This document shows positions 13,311 through 27,317 of a stretch of 64,000 nucleotides of DNA, one piece after another. The stretch comes from Lytechinus pictus. Lineage: Eukaryota. Where the stretch lies: NCBI RefSeq assembly GCF_037042905.1, contig NC_087252.1:17796001-17860000 (forward strand), written 5' to 3'. The translations under genes were made by a program, and so were the position numbers. The number at the start of each line of letters is the position of its first letter. Position 1 is the stretch's first letter. A model generated the notes under the pieces. That model worked only from the letters and a program-made list of their open reading frames with translations, was not told the DNA's origin and made no database searches.

Positions 13311-13769
13311 TACGCAAATGTGTGCATAGGGGAAATACGGAAATATATTGAGTAGAGAACAATAAAATTGTAAAACTGCAAGTAATATTGATTGATTTCG
13401 ACTTAATGTTATTCACCAATCATGTGGTTTGAATTTAATAAGCTATACCAATATCCACTCCTCTTTTCAAGCTACTTCCAAAGAACAAAGTTGTCACGCA
13501 ATGCTGCCAAAGTCTATATACCGCGTTCCTTTCTTATAAATACGTGTAATTTAAATGCCTTTTCTTAGACTATTAAATCGAATGATTTCAATAGTCTTTT
13601 TCTGTTATTTATTTCACTTTATTTTACTCACTTTTGTTGTTTCTGATCCGATGATGATAAAAAAATGATAATAAAAAAAGATTTATCATTAACTTTAACA
13701 TCATTAACTTTGTGACAATTAGGCCTTTACTATTTCGCAAAAATTATTGAAAAGAATGTAAAGTATTAA

Positions 13770-14361
13770 AGGAGAAGTCCACCCCAACAAAAGTTGATTT
13801 GAATAAAAATAGAAAAATCAAACTAGCATATATAATGCTGAAAATTTCACCAAAATCGGATGTAAAATAAGTAAGTTATAACATTTTAAAGTTTCGCTTA
13901 TTTTTCACAAAACAGTGATATGCACAACTAGGTGAGTCAGTCGATGATGTTCATCACTCACTATTTCTTTTGTTTTTTATTGTTTGAATTATACAATATT
14001 TCCTTTTTTTTTAGATTTGACAATATGGACCAACTTGACTGAAACATGAAGTATTTAACAATGCTAATTCCACATGTTCAGGGAGGAATTAATTGTTGCA
14101 TCATTTGACAATGAGGAGAAAATTAGAATATTTCATATTTCATACAATAAAATACAAAAGAAATAGTGAGTGGATGACGTCATAGTCTCCTCATTTGCAT
14201 ACCAGCCAGGATGTGCATATAACTATTTTGTGAAATTAAGCGAAACTTTAAAATGTCGTAACTTTCTTATTTTACATCCGATTTTGATGAAATTTTCAGT
14301 GTTATGCTTGTTTTATGCTTCTTTTTATTCAAATCAACTTTTGTTGGGGTGGACTTCTCCT
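13770..14361. mobile_element. Kolobok-like non-autonomous element (TTAA TSD)
   Basis: Perfect ~39-bp TIR AGGAGAAGTCCACCCCAACAAAAGTTGATTTGAATAAAA with TTAA on both sides. Family member at 43845-44428. Confidence 0.85.
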
Positions 14362-15009
14362 TTAATACTTTACACTCTCTTCAATAATTTTTGCGAAATA
14401 GTAAAGGACTAATTGTCACAAAGTTAACAATGAGCATGAATGTTTGTATAAAGACGTTTATCATTAAACTATGGATTCTTCAAATTATTGTTGAGTCTCG
14501 AGAAGAGTATGTATATTTTAATGATAAATCTTGTTTTATTATCATCTTTTACAATATACCAAAATGTTTCATTGGACTTTACTTTGAGTTATAAAACTTT
14601 TCTCTCTGATAAGTCACACGAAGTTTAACCAATTGGACCTTCTTTCCAAATAATCATAACGACACACAAATAAGATTAAAATCTTTAAGCAAGTTTATTT
14701 TCCTTACCCCCATTTGATATTTCTAGTTTCAAAGTTCTATTTGTCCACCAGATAATACGATACGATGTATCATGTATGCTGTTTTATCATGTTCATATTA
14801 TGCACGTCTTCATTAGGTTGAGCTTATTGTTATTTAGGTCCACGTTTTCCTCCATGATGTCATGTGATGTAGATTAGCTATAAACTCAACATTCCCATTA
14901 TAAACATAACATCGTGAAGGGTTTGTGACGATACTCTGCGTACCCTTCCCGACAATCCAGGGGTCGTTTATCGAAAGGGTGGGTTGAGGGAGGGGTTAAA
15001 TGACGGTGC

Positions 15010-15365
15010 GAGGTAAAAATGGCGGAGATAATAATGACAGAGGTAAAAATGGCAGAGGTAAAAATGGCAGAGGTGAAAATGGCAGAGGTAAAAATGGCAG
15101 AGGTAATATTTGCAGAGGTAAAAATGGCAGAGGTAAACATGGCAGAGGTGAAAATGGCAGAGGTAATAATGACAGAGGTAAAAATGGCAGAGGTAAACAT
15201 GGCAGAGGTAAAAATGGCAGAGGTAAAAATGGCAGAGGTAATAATGGCAGAGGTAAAAATGGCAGAGGTAATAATGGCAGAGGTAAAAATGGCAGAGGTA
15301 AAAATGGCAGAGGTAATAATGCCAGAGGTAAAAATGGCAGAGGTAATAATGACAGAGGTAAAAAT
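15010..15365. repeat. 15-bp minisatellite (GGCAGAGGTAAAAAT)n, ~24 units
   Basis: Directly visible tandem array. Confidence 0.95.
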
Positions 15366-17791
15366 GTTTCACTCTTTCACTTCAGTCTTTATCTTATTCT
15401 AACATCAGTTTCTTCCTCTCTGCTCTTAATGTCATGCTTTCATCTTTTACTATTTTTCATTGTACTTGCTGCCCCTTTTTTTTCGATCTTTATTTCCCTC
15501 TCCTTGCCTCTTTCAATCGTTCTTCCCATTTCTTTTTTCTTCGAAAGATATCTTTTCTGCCTTTTAAAATGTGACTATCATGTTCAGATTTTTGATATAT
15601 ACATATTTTTATTTTAAAGGTGCATGCGCATAAAATGAATTGATTGTCATTGTGAAATAAAGAATTGCGAAAGCCGACTGACTAAAATCAAAATGGGCTA
15701 GATGAAGGGCCTTTTCACACGTGTATATTGAAAATGAATTCGTCTTTATAATCATCGTGCCGTACCGTAATTGAGTAAGACTTAACTGGGATTCTCCTCC
15801 TGAGTAGAATTTGAAATCCTGATTGAGATTAGTGTTCGTGATTCAAATCATGTTCTAGTTTGGTTTCATAAGTGCTAAAAATTCGTCGTTAGCCTGATTT
15901 TTCACTGGAATCATTAAAATTACGATTTTTGTACTGTGTGAAAGGGCGGGTAACCTGTTCAATTTTTTTCTGACGAATATTTGCACATCCTGATCATAAA
16001 GCTAATCAACCACATGACTAGTTATGATTAGTGACCTTTGTAAGCATTTTAAGCATTATGCAAATGAAAGCTAGTGATAAACGATGGGATATAGATTTTT
16101 CATTGGTTAAAGTCAAGTATATTGTAGGCGTTGTTTGATAAAAAAGGGATGAGGAGTATAATAGAAAGATATCGTCTACAAGACCAACCACCAACAGTCT
16201 TTCATTTCTGAAACTGATTACCAGCATCCGAAGACGCAGCTACATTACTTGACATATTAACAGGATTTACAATACACCTGATTTAGAAAGCTACCATCAT
16301 TCCTACACTCTGAAAAGCTGAATGATTGAACAGGTTGAGTGCTGATTCGTATATCACTTTTATGTTTAGAAAGGTAATTGTTTTTCTCTTCTCTTTAAGT
16401 GAATTCAATTTCACCTAGCTCATTTTCTTTTTCTTTTCTATAAGTGAATTTAATTTCAACTAACACCAAAGCTTGTCATTTGTTTTACAACGCCCACTAT
16501 GGTCACTCTTCTTTTTTCATGAAAAGCGAATCCCACAACATACTTGTGATATTCCAGATATCTTCGTACAGACCCGTCAATGGATCAGAAAGTAGCATTG
16601 CTTGCAACCAAATGCTTTAAGCACAAGCACTTGCTAGCCAAGCAGAAGATCATGAATTGGCAATTGCTTTATTTCGTATGCACAACCCTCTGCTTGTGTT
16701 TAAACCTTTTTTCTTGACTTGAGAAAGCAAATTACTAGCGGATTGAACAAAGGTGGGAATCGAGTGCAAATATTTGGCAGATATCGCTTCTCTTTAGTAT
16801 AACTTCTTTTCATTAGACGTGGTGTCAAACTATTCCTTTAACTTGGGTCAGATGCCTAAAAGGTAGCAATTGCTTTTGCTAGGCTTTTGCTTGACTTTTG
16901 CTTGATTCCGTATGCATAAAAATGAGCAAGCAAATGCCTCTGCTAGTAAGTTCAAGCAATCGTTAACTGACTGCTAGCATTTCCTTGACGATTAAGCTAT
17001 TACTGAAACGCGTTTGCATATAAAGCGAACATTTTGCTTGTGCGTTTAAGCAATTGCTTGAGTTTTTTCAAGCTCCGTCAGAGCAGCTTGAGCGTTTGTT
17101 TTATTATGGCGTCCGCGTTTAAAATCATGTTTACATCGGCGGGTCCATGGGGCCCGAGGGGTCCGCCCCCCCCCCCTCTATTTGCGGAACAAAAGAAAGG
17201 TAAAGGAGGAGAAAAAAGGAGAGGAGGTAAAAGATGGGAAATAAAAGGAGAAAGACGAGAGAATAAAATTAGGTGAGGGGAAGACTTGGGGAAAAAACAT
17301 GTTACTATAATTTTTGCGCTCGCATTGCCTGTTCGATGAGATACATGTCTTGCTCAATAGGCTGATATGAAGCTTAAAATATCAAGGTTTGAAGTCAACA
17401 TGCAAAACATATTTCAGTCCGGATATCAAGCTTTCATTATTGTACTTGATTTACAAATTCTTTTTTTTTAAGTGCTCTGTAAAATTTCTTTTTCATAGCA
17501 GTTTATCAAAAATTTCGGCTCGCAATTTGCGCTCGCATTAATTGTTGTAAATATATTAACTCATACATCGTATTCTTCATTACAAAAATGCTTAAAATGT
17601 CCACTTTTAGGCCTTGATATTAACACATTTTTGCGCTCTCTTCATGCTTATTAGATTGATAAAGAGGATAATAGCATTTACATTATTAATTCACAATGAC
17701 TAAATTGTTCCATTTTTCAGAATGGAATATAAACAAGTTTCACGTAGCGCCTAAGAAGAGGAAAATAATCATCATTTTCATATCATGACAA

Positions 17792-18244
17792 ATACCGTGT
17801 TTACACTTAATCGGCAATTGGTTCTGAACCAAATGCCGATGCAGAATCGGCATTTGGATTGCGTTTACACGTTGTTACAGCTCGCGGTTCAGAACCGCGA
17901 GCCGATGCAAAAACCTGAAATGATACGCATACCTACAATATACGTCATAATAAAGACAACGCTGGATCAGTGAGCTTACAATTACGTCACAATGGTAAAG
18001 TAATTGAAATGCGCACAAATTGCCGGTGCAGAATCGGCTTTCTGTTTACACGTAGTAAAAAAGCCGATTCTGCATCGGCTCGCGGTTCAGAACCTACTAC
18101 TTTGGTGGTGCAAATTGCCGGTTCTGAACCGCGAGCCGATTCAAGTTGCTCGCGTTTACACGCTATGAAAAAGCCGATGCTGAATCGGCTCGCGGTTCAG
18201 AACCGCGAGCCGATTCAAATGCCGATTAAGTGTAAACACGGTAT
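17792..18244. mobile_element. MITE, same family as 2453-2914
   Basis: TIR ATACCGTGTTTACACTTAATCGGC / GCCGATTAAGTGTAAACACGGTAT. Body colinear with 2453-2914. Confidence 0.85.
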
Positions 18245-18246
18245 TT

Positions 18247-19072
18247 CCTATGCGGCGCGCGCCGGTCGCGCGTTTCCGTTTTACACCCTGGCGAAGGCAT
18301 TTTCCGCAAAAATAGCAACAAAGCGACTAGTGAAGAGTCTACACACGTCGCTGGTTGCAGCGTGCGACACAGGCGAGCCCCACACCACCGCATGCAATCT
18401 GCACAGTTACTGATCAGAGCATAAAGTTCCTCGGCACTTCATGTTCAGAGAGCAGTCATATGAGTGAAATCCAAACATGCTTTTGCAGTTACGTTTTTAA
18501 GGTTTTTTTTCTAAATGTAAATTATTAACTAAATGAATAGAATGACAGACAAAATAAAAATTAACAGATACATATAATAGAAAGAAAATTGAAGTTTGAT
18601 GGATTGATGCCGAAAGATAGATATAGAAGACTGATAAATAGATAGAGACATAGATAGATAGAAGTAGAGAGAGAGAGAGAAAGACAGAGAGATGGATAGA
18701 TAGATAGATGGGGGGAGAGAACTTGAGAGATGGAGAGATGTTATAGATAGATAGATAGATTGATAGATATATGGACGGATAAAAATAAATAGAGAGAGAA
18801 AAAAAAGACAGACAGATGGATAGATAGAGAGAGAAAGAGAGAGAGAGATAGAGAGAATCTGAGAGATAGATAGATGTTAGATAGATAGATAAAGAATGAG
18901 AGAGACAGAGAAGATAGACAAATTAACAGATAAATAGAAACTGTAGTTACATAGATAGCTAGATAAATAGATAGATAGAAGATAGATAGAGAGAAATAGA
19001 GAAAGACAGACAGATGGATAGATAGATAGAGGGGGGAGAGAGAGATAGATAATTTGAGAGATAGGTACATGT

Positions 19073-19120
<48 letters not shown>

Positions 19121-20128
19121 GAATGAGAGAGACAGAGAAGATAGATAAATGAACAGATAGATAGATACTGTAGTTACATATAGATAGATAGATAGATAGA
19201 TAGATATATATATTGATAGAGAGAGAGAGAACTAGATAAATACAGATGGATAGATAGAGAGAGAGAGACAGAGAAGATTAATAGATAGATACTGTAGTTA
19301 CATAAATAGATAGATAGATAGATATATAATTTGAGAGATAGATACATAGACGGATAGAGAGAAAAAGACAGACAGATGGATAGATAGATAGAGATAGAGA
19401 ATTTGAGAGACAGACAGACATATGGATAGAGAGAATTCGAGAGATAGATAGACGGATAGAGAGAAACAGAGAGAGAGAAAAAGATAAATAGATAAAAGAT
19501 AGATAGATAGATAGATGGGGGAGAGAACTTGAGAGATGGAGAGATGTTATAGATAGATAGATATATATATATGGACGGAAAAAGAGAAAGAGAGAAAGAG
19601 AGAAAAAAAAGACAGACAGATGGATAGATAGATAGAGGGAGAGAGAGATAGAGAATTTGAAAGATAGATAGATGTTAGATAGATATATAGATAGATAGAT
19701 AAATAGATAGATAGATAGATAGATAAAGAATGAGAGAGACAGATAAGATAGACAAATTAACAGATAGATAGATACTGTAGTTACATAGATAGATAGATAA
19801 ATAGATAGAAAGAAGACAGATAGATAGAGAGAAATAGAGAAAGACAGACAGATGGATAGATAGATAGAGAGAGGGAGAGAGAGAGAGAGAGAATTTGAGA
19901 GATAGGTAGATGTTAGATGGATAGATAGATAAAGAATGAGAGAGACAGAGAAGATAGACAAATTAACAGATAGATAGATACTGTAGTTACATAGATAGAT
20001 AAATAGATAGAAGATAGATAGATAGATAGATGGGGGAGAGAACTTGAGAGAGGGAGAGATGTTATAGATAGATAGATATATATGGACGGAAAAGGAGAAA
20101 GAGAGAAAGAGAGAAAACAAGACAGATG

Positions 20129-20178
<50 letters not shown>

Positions 20179-21825
20179 GGGAGAGAGATAGAGAGAGATA
20201 GATAGATAAAGAATGAGAGAGACAGAGAAGATTAACAGATAGATAGATACTGTAGTTACATAGATAGATAGAGATAGAATTTGAGAGATAGATAAATAAA
20301 TAGATAGAAGATAGATAGAGAGAGAAAGACAGAAAGATGGATAGATAGATAGAGAGAGGGGGAGAGAGAGATAGAGAATTTGAGAGATAGATGTTAGATA
20401 GATAAAGAATGAGACAGACAGAGAAGAGCGACAAATTAACAGATCGATAGATACTGCAGTTACATATAGATAGATAAAAGATAGATAGATAAATTGATAG
20501 AGAGAGAGAGAACTAGAGAAATACAGATGGATAGATAGAGAGAGACAGAGACAGAGAAGATTAATAGATAGATACTGTAGTCACATAAATAGATAGATAG
20601 ATAGATATATAATTTGAGAGATAGATACATAGACGGATAGAGAGAGATAATTTGAGAGACAGACAGACAGATGGATAGAGAGAATTCGAGAGATAGATAG
20701 ATGGATAGAGAGAAACAGAGAGAGAGAAAAAGACAGACAGATGGATAGATAGAGAGAATTTGAGATATATATATATTGGATTTTATTGCAATAAAAACTA
20801 TCAAAATACAATCACAAGCAGTCAAAGACTGAAATAAGTGAATGTTTACATACAAATAGAATCATAACAAAATATAAAGTAAACATTATAAATAAATATC
20901 AAATACAATACAAATTCATACAGATAAAAAAGAAATGTATCATAAATAAATACAAAAGGCCAAAAGTAAAGTGTCGCCAAAGAAGAAAAAAGCGGAATGA
21001 AAGATTAAAAAAAGAGGTGAGAGAAGGGAAAGAAATTGGGATAAGACAAAGAGAAGGGAAAGCAAGAGGTGGAATTTGAAAGAGAATAGGAAGCAACCTT
21101 CAGAAGAAAAAAAACTCATTATGCAATACAAGACATTTAACAATTGTAACAAGTAAATAAAGTAGTAATTGAATCGAATTGAGCACAAAAAAGGGAAAAG
21201 TAGAGCTGAGGAAATAGACTCCCGAAGGAAGTCGAAGCAGTGTTGATATTGCACATGAGTAGATTAACAGATGGATAGAGAGAAATAAAAGAGAGACAGA
21301 TGGATAGATAGAGAATTTGAGAGATAGATGTTAGATAGATAGACAGATAGATAGGTAGATAGAGAATGAGAGAGACAGAGTAGATAGACAAATTAACAGA
21401 TAGATATATCATGTAGTACCATAGATTGATTTATAACATAGATAGTGGATAGACAGATATGATAGATATAAGGATAGATATAATATGAAAAAAAGTAATT
21501 ATGTGTTTTATTTTTCAATATTTTAGCTATTATTCGTTTTCATTCATATAAACGATCATGTGCGATAAAGTAAAAAAAATCATGAAGCCAACGTATATAG
21601 TTCAGCGGAACAACCAAAATACAGGGACTGAAGCTTTTGGTCTATAAGCTCAGCTGCATTTGCACGTATGTTCTGCGGATATCTTCGGTGCGGACTTTTG
21701 GATCGCGCCCAGCTGATTATGTAAACAAACGTAGACGTAGACTCTTCACTAGTCGCTTTGTGGCTATTTTTCCGGAAAATGCCTTCGCCAGGGTGTAAAA
21801 CGGAAACGCGCGTCCCGCGCTTAGG
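18247..21825. mobile_element. TIR element (~80-95-bp inverted ends) enclosing a ~2.9-kb GATA/GA satellite
   Basis: CGCGCGTTTCCGTTTTACACCCTGGCGAAGGCATTTTCCG..GACTAGTGAAGAGTCTAC at ~18267-18342 is inverted at ~21737-21812. TSD not resolved. Confidence 0.65.
18610..21480. repeat. Complex (GATA)n/(GA)n satellite with recurring ACTGTAGTTACATA and ATTTGAGAGA marker motifs
   Basis: Directly visible. Interrupted by a non-GATA block at ~20770-21258. Confidence 0.9.
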
Positions 21826-22710
21826 TAAAGATGATGATTAAAAGAATATCAGCTCGCATCATTTATCATGTGCGATCCACATCTATATTGAAATTTTCCT
21901 ACACAGTGCTTAAAATAATGCGTAAAATTTACCCTTTTCTACGGAAGCTTAAAAGTGCCACCGAGATGACGAGATAATTCCTCGTCTTCTCGACTTTTTG
22001 GGTCCGATAAAGCGAGAAGGCGTGATCCGGTATTTCGTCTTCTCAGCCTTTTTTTGTCCAATAAGGCGAGACGGTGAAATTCCAAATCTCGTTTTCTCGA
22101 CTTCTCGGATACCAGAAGGCGATAAAGCGAGATTCCAAACCTCGTCTTCCCGACTTCTCGGGTATGTGAAGATGAGAAGGCGAGATTCCAAATCTCGTCT
22201 TCCCGTCTTCTCGGGTATGTGAAGGTGAGAAAGCGAGATTCCGAATCTCGTCTTCTCGACTTCTAGGGTATGAGAAGGTGAGAAAACGAGATTCTAAATC
22301 TCGTCTTCTCGACTTCTCGGGTATGTGAAGATGAGAAAGCGAGATTCCGAATCTCGTCTTCTCGACTTCTAGTGTATCAGAAGGTGAGAAAGCGAGATTC
22401 TAAATCTCGTCTTCTCGACTTATCGGGTATGTGAAGATGAGAAAGCGAGATTCCGAACTTCGTCTTCTCGACTTCTAGGGTATGAGAAGGTGAGAAAGCG
22501 AGATTCTAAATCTCGTATTCTCGACTTCTCGGGTATGAGAAGATGAGAAAGCGAGATTTCAAATCTCGTCTTCTCGACTTCTCGGGTATGAGAAGGTGAG
22601 AAGGCGAGATTCCAAATCTCGTCTTCTCGACTTTTTCGGTATATTAAAAGGCGAAAAGACAGGACAGCGCGGTCAACGAGGAGCCATTTTTACAGAGGCG
22701 AGAAGGCTCG

Positions 22711-22821
22711 GATAGACCGCGGGTCCGTTAGACCGCGGGTCCGATAGACCGCGGGTCCGTTAGACCGCGGGTCCTATAGACCGCGGGTCCGATAGTCCGC
22801 GGGTCCGATAGACCGCGGGTC
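22711..22821. repeat. 16-bp tandem array (GATAGACCGCGGGTCC)n; inverted copies at ~32144-32251 and ~45084-45166
   Basis: Directly visible. Confidence 0.9.
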
Positions 22822-23424
22822 TACGGAGCCTCTAAAATGCCATCGACTTGACGACATGGCGAGATACTTTATCTTGCCATGTCGACAAAATAAGCTTATT
22901 ATGTCCGCATGGCGCGATACGTTATTCTCGCCGGGACTTGTACACTTCACATCTCGCCATGTGGACATATTGACTTGACAAGATAGAATATGCCGCTACA
23001 GTGTATGTCGAAATAATAAGCGTATTAATTACTTAGGCGGCGGAAGCGGTGGGGGGGGACCTTTCCCCTCTAAATTTGAGGTGAGGGACGGTCCCCCCTA
23101 GATTTTTAGTTGAGAACCTTTTTTTGCTTGTCAATTTGTTTTCTACGTCCCCCCTAAATTGAGGTGGACCCCCCTAATCTTTTTGCCCCCCCCCCTAATT
23201 TTGGTTGATAACCTTTTTTTTCTTGTCAAAAAATTTTGGTGGTCCTTTTTATAAATTTTGGTTGATTTTCTTGTCAAATCTTTTATCTGTGTCCATCCCA
23301 AAATTTCAGGAGGACCCCCCCCCCTAAATTTTTGTTGCCTTCCGCCGCCAATGATTGATTAAGACATGGCAAGATAAAGTACCACGCCATGTCGTCACGT
23401 TGATGGCATTTTCAAGGCTCCGTA
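22822..23424. mobile_element. Small IS3EU-like MITE (TACGG..CCGTA) containing a nested hAT-like MITE at 23032-23353
   Basis: TIR TACGGAGCC..AAAATGCCATC / GATGGCATTTT..GGCTCCGTA (no TSD found). The nested element has TSD ATTAATTA/ATTGATTA. Confidence 0.7.
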
Positions 23425-24754
23425 GTAGGGGTAATTATCCGGGGTAATTGTCTGGAGGGTAAATTTCCGGAGGTGGGGGGTATCAGTCCCCGGCTGTAAA
23501 AATATAAGGATAATATTTTCCTTGAAGTAGTTGTCAGGGGGTGATTGCCCTAATTGGGTTATTGTTATAGAACCCAGGCGCGGATCCAGGATTTCGTGGG
23601 GAGGGAAGGGGGCCAAATTTGACCTGATTTTTGGCGCCCATATGTGTACTTTTCGAAAAATGGCGCCCACTCCCTCCCGACAATGGGCGGAAATCTGTCC
23701 CGAAAGGTAGAGGGACAACAGGGGCTGATCCAGCCTTCGCCAATTGGGGGGGGGGGCGAAACATGTTTTCAGCCAAATGTTAATCCCCGATCGGCCGCTT
23801 GAAGGTAATTTTGTCTGTTTCATTGAAGGAGTAGTCCTCAGGGTCACTTTTTAGCTTTATTCTTATAAATCAACATAAATGTATAATATCATTGTCCTTA
23901 TTTATATAATGCGAGCGCGAAGCGCGAGCATAATTTTTTGGGCAAATTTGTGTATTTTTTCCTAAAATTTGAACATTCTGGGCAATGTTTGTTATCCTGA
24001 AAAAGATGTATATACAACTATAAATATTTACTACGAACGCGAAGTGCGAGCAGAGGTTAACTGATGGAAATGGTACCTGTTAAAGACTGCTTGCAGTTAG
24101 CCATGAAGACGTTACATATTTCAACAATCAAAATAATGCGAGCGCGAAGCGCGAGCTGAATTTTTTTGAAATTTTTACCCAAAGACTGGAAATTCTAAGC
24201 ACTTTTTGTAAAACTTAAACATATAATAGGTATAATACTAAACAATTGATGCGAACGCGAAGCGCGAGTGAAAAATTTTGAGATTTAGACCTAAGAACGA
24301 GAAACTCTATTCATGTTTTTTTAATCATGAAAAGGTTGAGTAATTGGGGGTCTTCCTTACACCCGGTCCTTACATTAATAATGCGAGTGCAAAATGCAGC
24401 CAGAAAACGTTCATATACCATTTATACGTTTAATTTGAATCGATCGAAAAGGTACTTGTTAAGGACTGCTTGCATTTAGTCATGAAGACGTTACATATTT
24501 CAACAATCAAATAATGCTAGCACGAATCGCGAGCTGAAAATTGTTGACATTTCTACAAAAAGAATCGAAAATTTTAATCAATTTTTGTAATCGTGAACAG
24601 GGTAGCTATATAACTAAACAATTGATGCGTGAGCAGAAGAATTCGAGATTTAGACCTAAAAACGGGACACTCCACTCATGTTTTGTAAATCATGAAAAGT
24701 GTGAGTAATAGGGGATCTTTCTACATTAATAATGGATAAAAATTGGATAATGAT

Positions 24755-25630
24755 TGAAATAGAGAACAAGTTGAATATCTGAATAAACATTTATTAAACA
24801 ATATTTATTAAACAATATTTCAATAGGGTGCCCTTTCAGCAAAAGCTGGTATCAAAAGGGGCCCTAAAAGCATAAAAACAAGACATGTATATACAAGTGG
24901 TAAAACATACAAGGTAAAACAAGGTAAAAACATTATATAAATCATACATATTAGAACACAGAAAGGCATGCAAAATTGAGTTATTAAAATATTTATGGCA
25001 CAGGAAACATTGACATTTTAACATTTGTTGGACATTATATATGATTTGAGTTCTTTTTTAAAACTAGAGAGGGTGGATAGGGTTTTTAAATGAAGGGGTA
25101 AGGAATTAAACATTGATATTGAGGAAATAATGAATGAGCATTTATAGTATTCAGTATTGCATTTTGGGACATCGAGCTGTAGATTGGAGGCGGATCTTGT
25201 ATTTACGTTATGTTTTTCGGATACTAATTTAAAATTTTCATTAAAAAAGTCGGAAGATAAATTATTTAAGCTCTTAAATATAAATATACATCGAAAATAC
25301 ATTACTCTTTGGGGATAGGAGAACCATTCAAGTTTTTTAAATAACTGATCAGACGGGGTGAGGAAGTTTGCTTTGAGTATTATTCTGGCAGCACGTTTCT
25401 GAAGTTTTATTATTTGATTTGTTTGTGTGATAAATCTTAAACCCCATACCTCACAACAATAGTCAATTTGACTTTGGATTAAACAGTTATAGATTAGTTT
25501 TGCAGTCTTAACATCAATGAATGGATTAGCCCTTTTCAGTATGGCGAGAGCAGCACATACTTTTTTACTAACGTGTTCTACATGATCATGCCAAAGAAGT
25601 TTATCGTCTATTATGACACCTAAACACTTA
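24755..25630 (-). mobile_element. 5'-truncated CR1/L2-group LINE fragment
   Basis: Minus-strand ORF2 C-terminal remnant (..HNVNTRSASNLQLDVPK..FNSLPLHLKTLSTLSSFKKELK) plus an AT-rich 3' end. Confidence 0.75.
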
Positions 25631-26331
25631 GTGGAGTGAACCTTATTTATTACTTTACCATCAAACGTGATAGAAATACATGCGCGTGTTTCAGATTTAG
25701 ACCTAGAATCTCGGCATTCTACACATCCTTCAGCGAGCGCGGAGCGAGCTTAAAGTATTTGATATTCCGATCTGAAAAAAGAGTCAATTTTAGCTGTATA
25801 TTTCAAGCACTTTGTAGGAAAATTGTGAGGTGGATATGGATCATTAAATTAATATCTTATTTATTAATGCCTAATGAGGGCGAGAAATCTGATGATATTA
25901 TGGCCTGAAAACTGGACATTTCAAGCACTTTAGCAATTATGAATAGAATGCATCAGTTAAAATATTTTTAACCATTAATGCGAGCGCAAATCGCGAGCCA
26001 AAATCTTTGATAAGCTCTCATGAAAATCAATATTGAGACATACATAAATCGCCAATCAAAATGCGAGTAGCGCTATCTGCTACGTTTTGACAATCAGACT
26101 TGAAAATGGATATTTTTCAATACTAAATGGAATACACAAAAATAATAGGTTTTGAATAAATCGAATTTTGCAAGCGCTCAGTGCAAGTAGAAAATGTCAA
26201 TATTCAGACCATAAAGCTGTCTCTTTTACAGAGCACTTTTTGAAAAATCAGTTTGTAAATCACACAAAATAATGAAAGTTCGATTTCCGAGGTGAAATGT
26301 ATAATGTATATTGACTTCCAAACTTGATCTA

Positions 26332-27317
26332 CAGTGCGTATAAAAAAAAAATTACACTTTGAAAAAGCCCTGGGAATTAAAAAATATACAACATGTGGGT
26401 AATTTTTTCACATATAATCTTGGGTTTGGGTCTCATCTATCCAATGAAAGTAAAAGTTTTGACGGAATGTTACACTTGAGTAAGCACTGTCCATTTTTGT
26501 AAAGCTCGCAGAAATCTGTTTGCGCAGAAATGCTTGTTTTCACCGCTGTGTCAAGGGGAAAGGGCAAAATCAAACTTACCCTGCTGAACATTTCTCATAC
26601 ATTTCCCTTGCACTTTTAGTCAATTGAAATAAAACGGATACATTCAAGCATTTTGTAACAATTTTGCTACCCAAATTGAAATTTCAACACTTAGTAAGCA
26701 CAACCTTTACCCTTTTTGTGCCAGCTGGATCTGAGGACATAACTGAATCTGAACAAAAGTTTATATCAGACATCTCCAGCATTTTTCACTAAGTTTTTAT
26801 CATTTAAAGTGGGTTTACATTTCATTTTTCATTTAATACTTGTTTCTCCACACTTTTCCCAAGCTTGACAATGATTAACAAAATGAAAATCAAGCCTAAG
26901 CCATTTCATGTAAATCACAGCTCAGTGTAAAGTAAATATCGTCACGATGGCCTCGATGTGTGGGGGAGTGGGGTGGGGTGAAATGCACTTTTTGAAGTGT
27001 TTTGGGCAAAGAAACAAGTCAAGAAAGGTAAAAGATATCTTCAAATCAATTTTACTAGCTAAATTCCACTTGTTCTTCATGATTAAGGTCTACTTTTATT
27101 CGCATAACTATTTCAAAGTTCTGCGCAAATCATTTTTCACTAACTTTTCAAAAGTAAGTGGTGCTCACTCAAGCAGAAATATTTTTCGACAGTTATATTG
27201 TCATTTGCTTAAATGGATCTGTACCAATGTTCAAATGTGGAAAAATCTTCAGGATATTACAAGTGTATAATTTTACAGGATTTTTTCAAAATGTAAACTT
27301 TTTTTTGATACGCACTG
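26332..27317. mobile_element. Tc1/mariner-like non-autonomous element
   Basis: TA|CAGTGCGTAT-A-run..TACA.. / ..TGTA..T-run-GATACGCACTG|TA. The host repeat resumes across the insertion. Confidence 0.8.

Noticed and set aside
14898..15617. Repetitive ORFs (MAEVK)n, (NGRGK)n, (CHFYL)n
   Set aside because: Translations of a 15-bp minisatellite that is open in several frames on both strands; no gene context.
17785..18413. ORFs of 62 and 147 aa
   Set aside because: They lie within MITE repeats and show no transposase motifs.
18741..21412. Long SIYL-rich minus-strand ORFs
   Set aside because: Artefacts of the GATA/GA satellite.
22070..22635. Regular palindromic repeats resembling a CRISPR array (also 32345-33110)
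   Set aside because: The intervening sequence is itself repeated (no unique spacers), there are no cas genes, the context is eukaryotic, and the repeats are transposon arm units.
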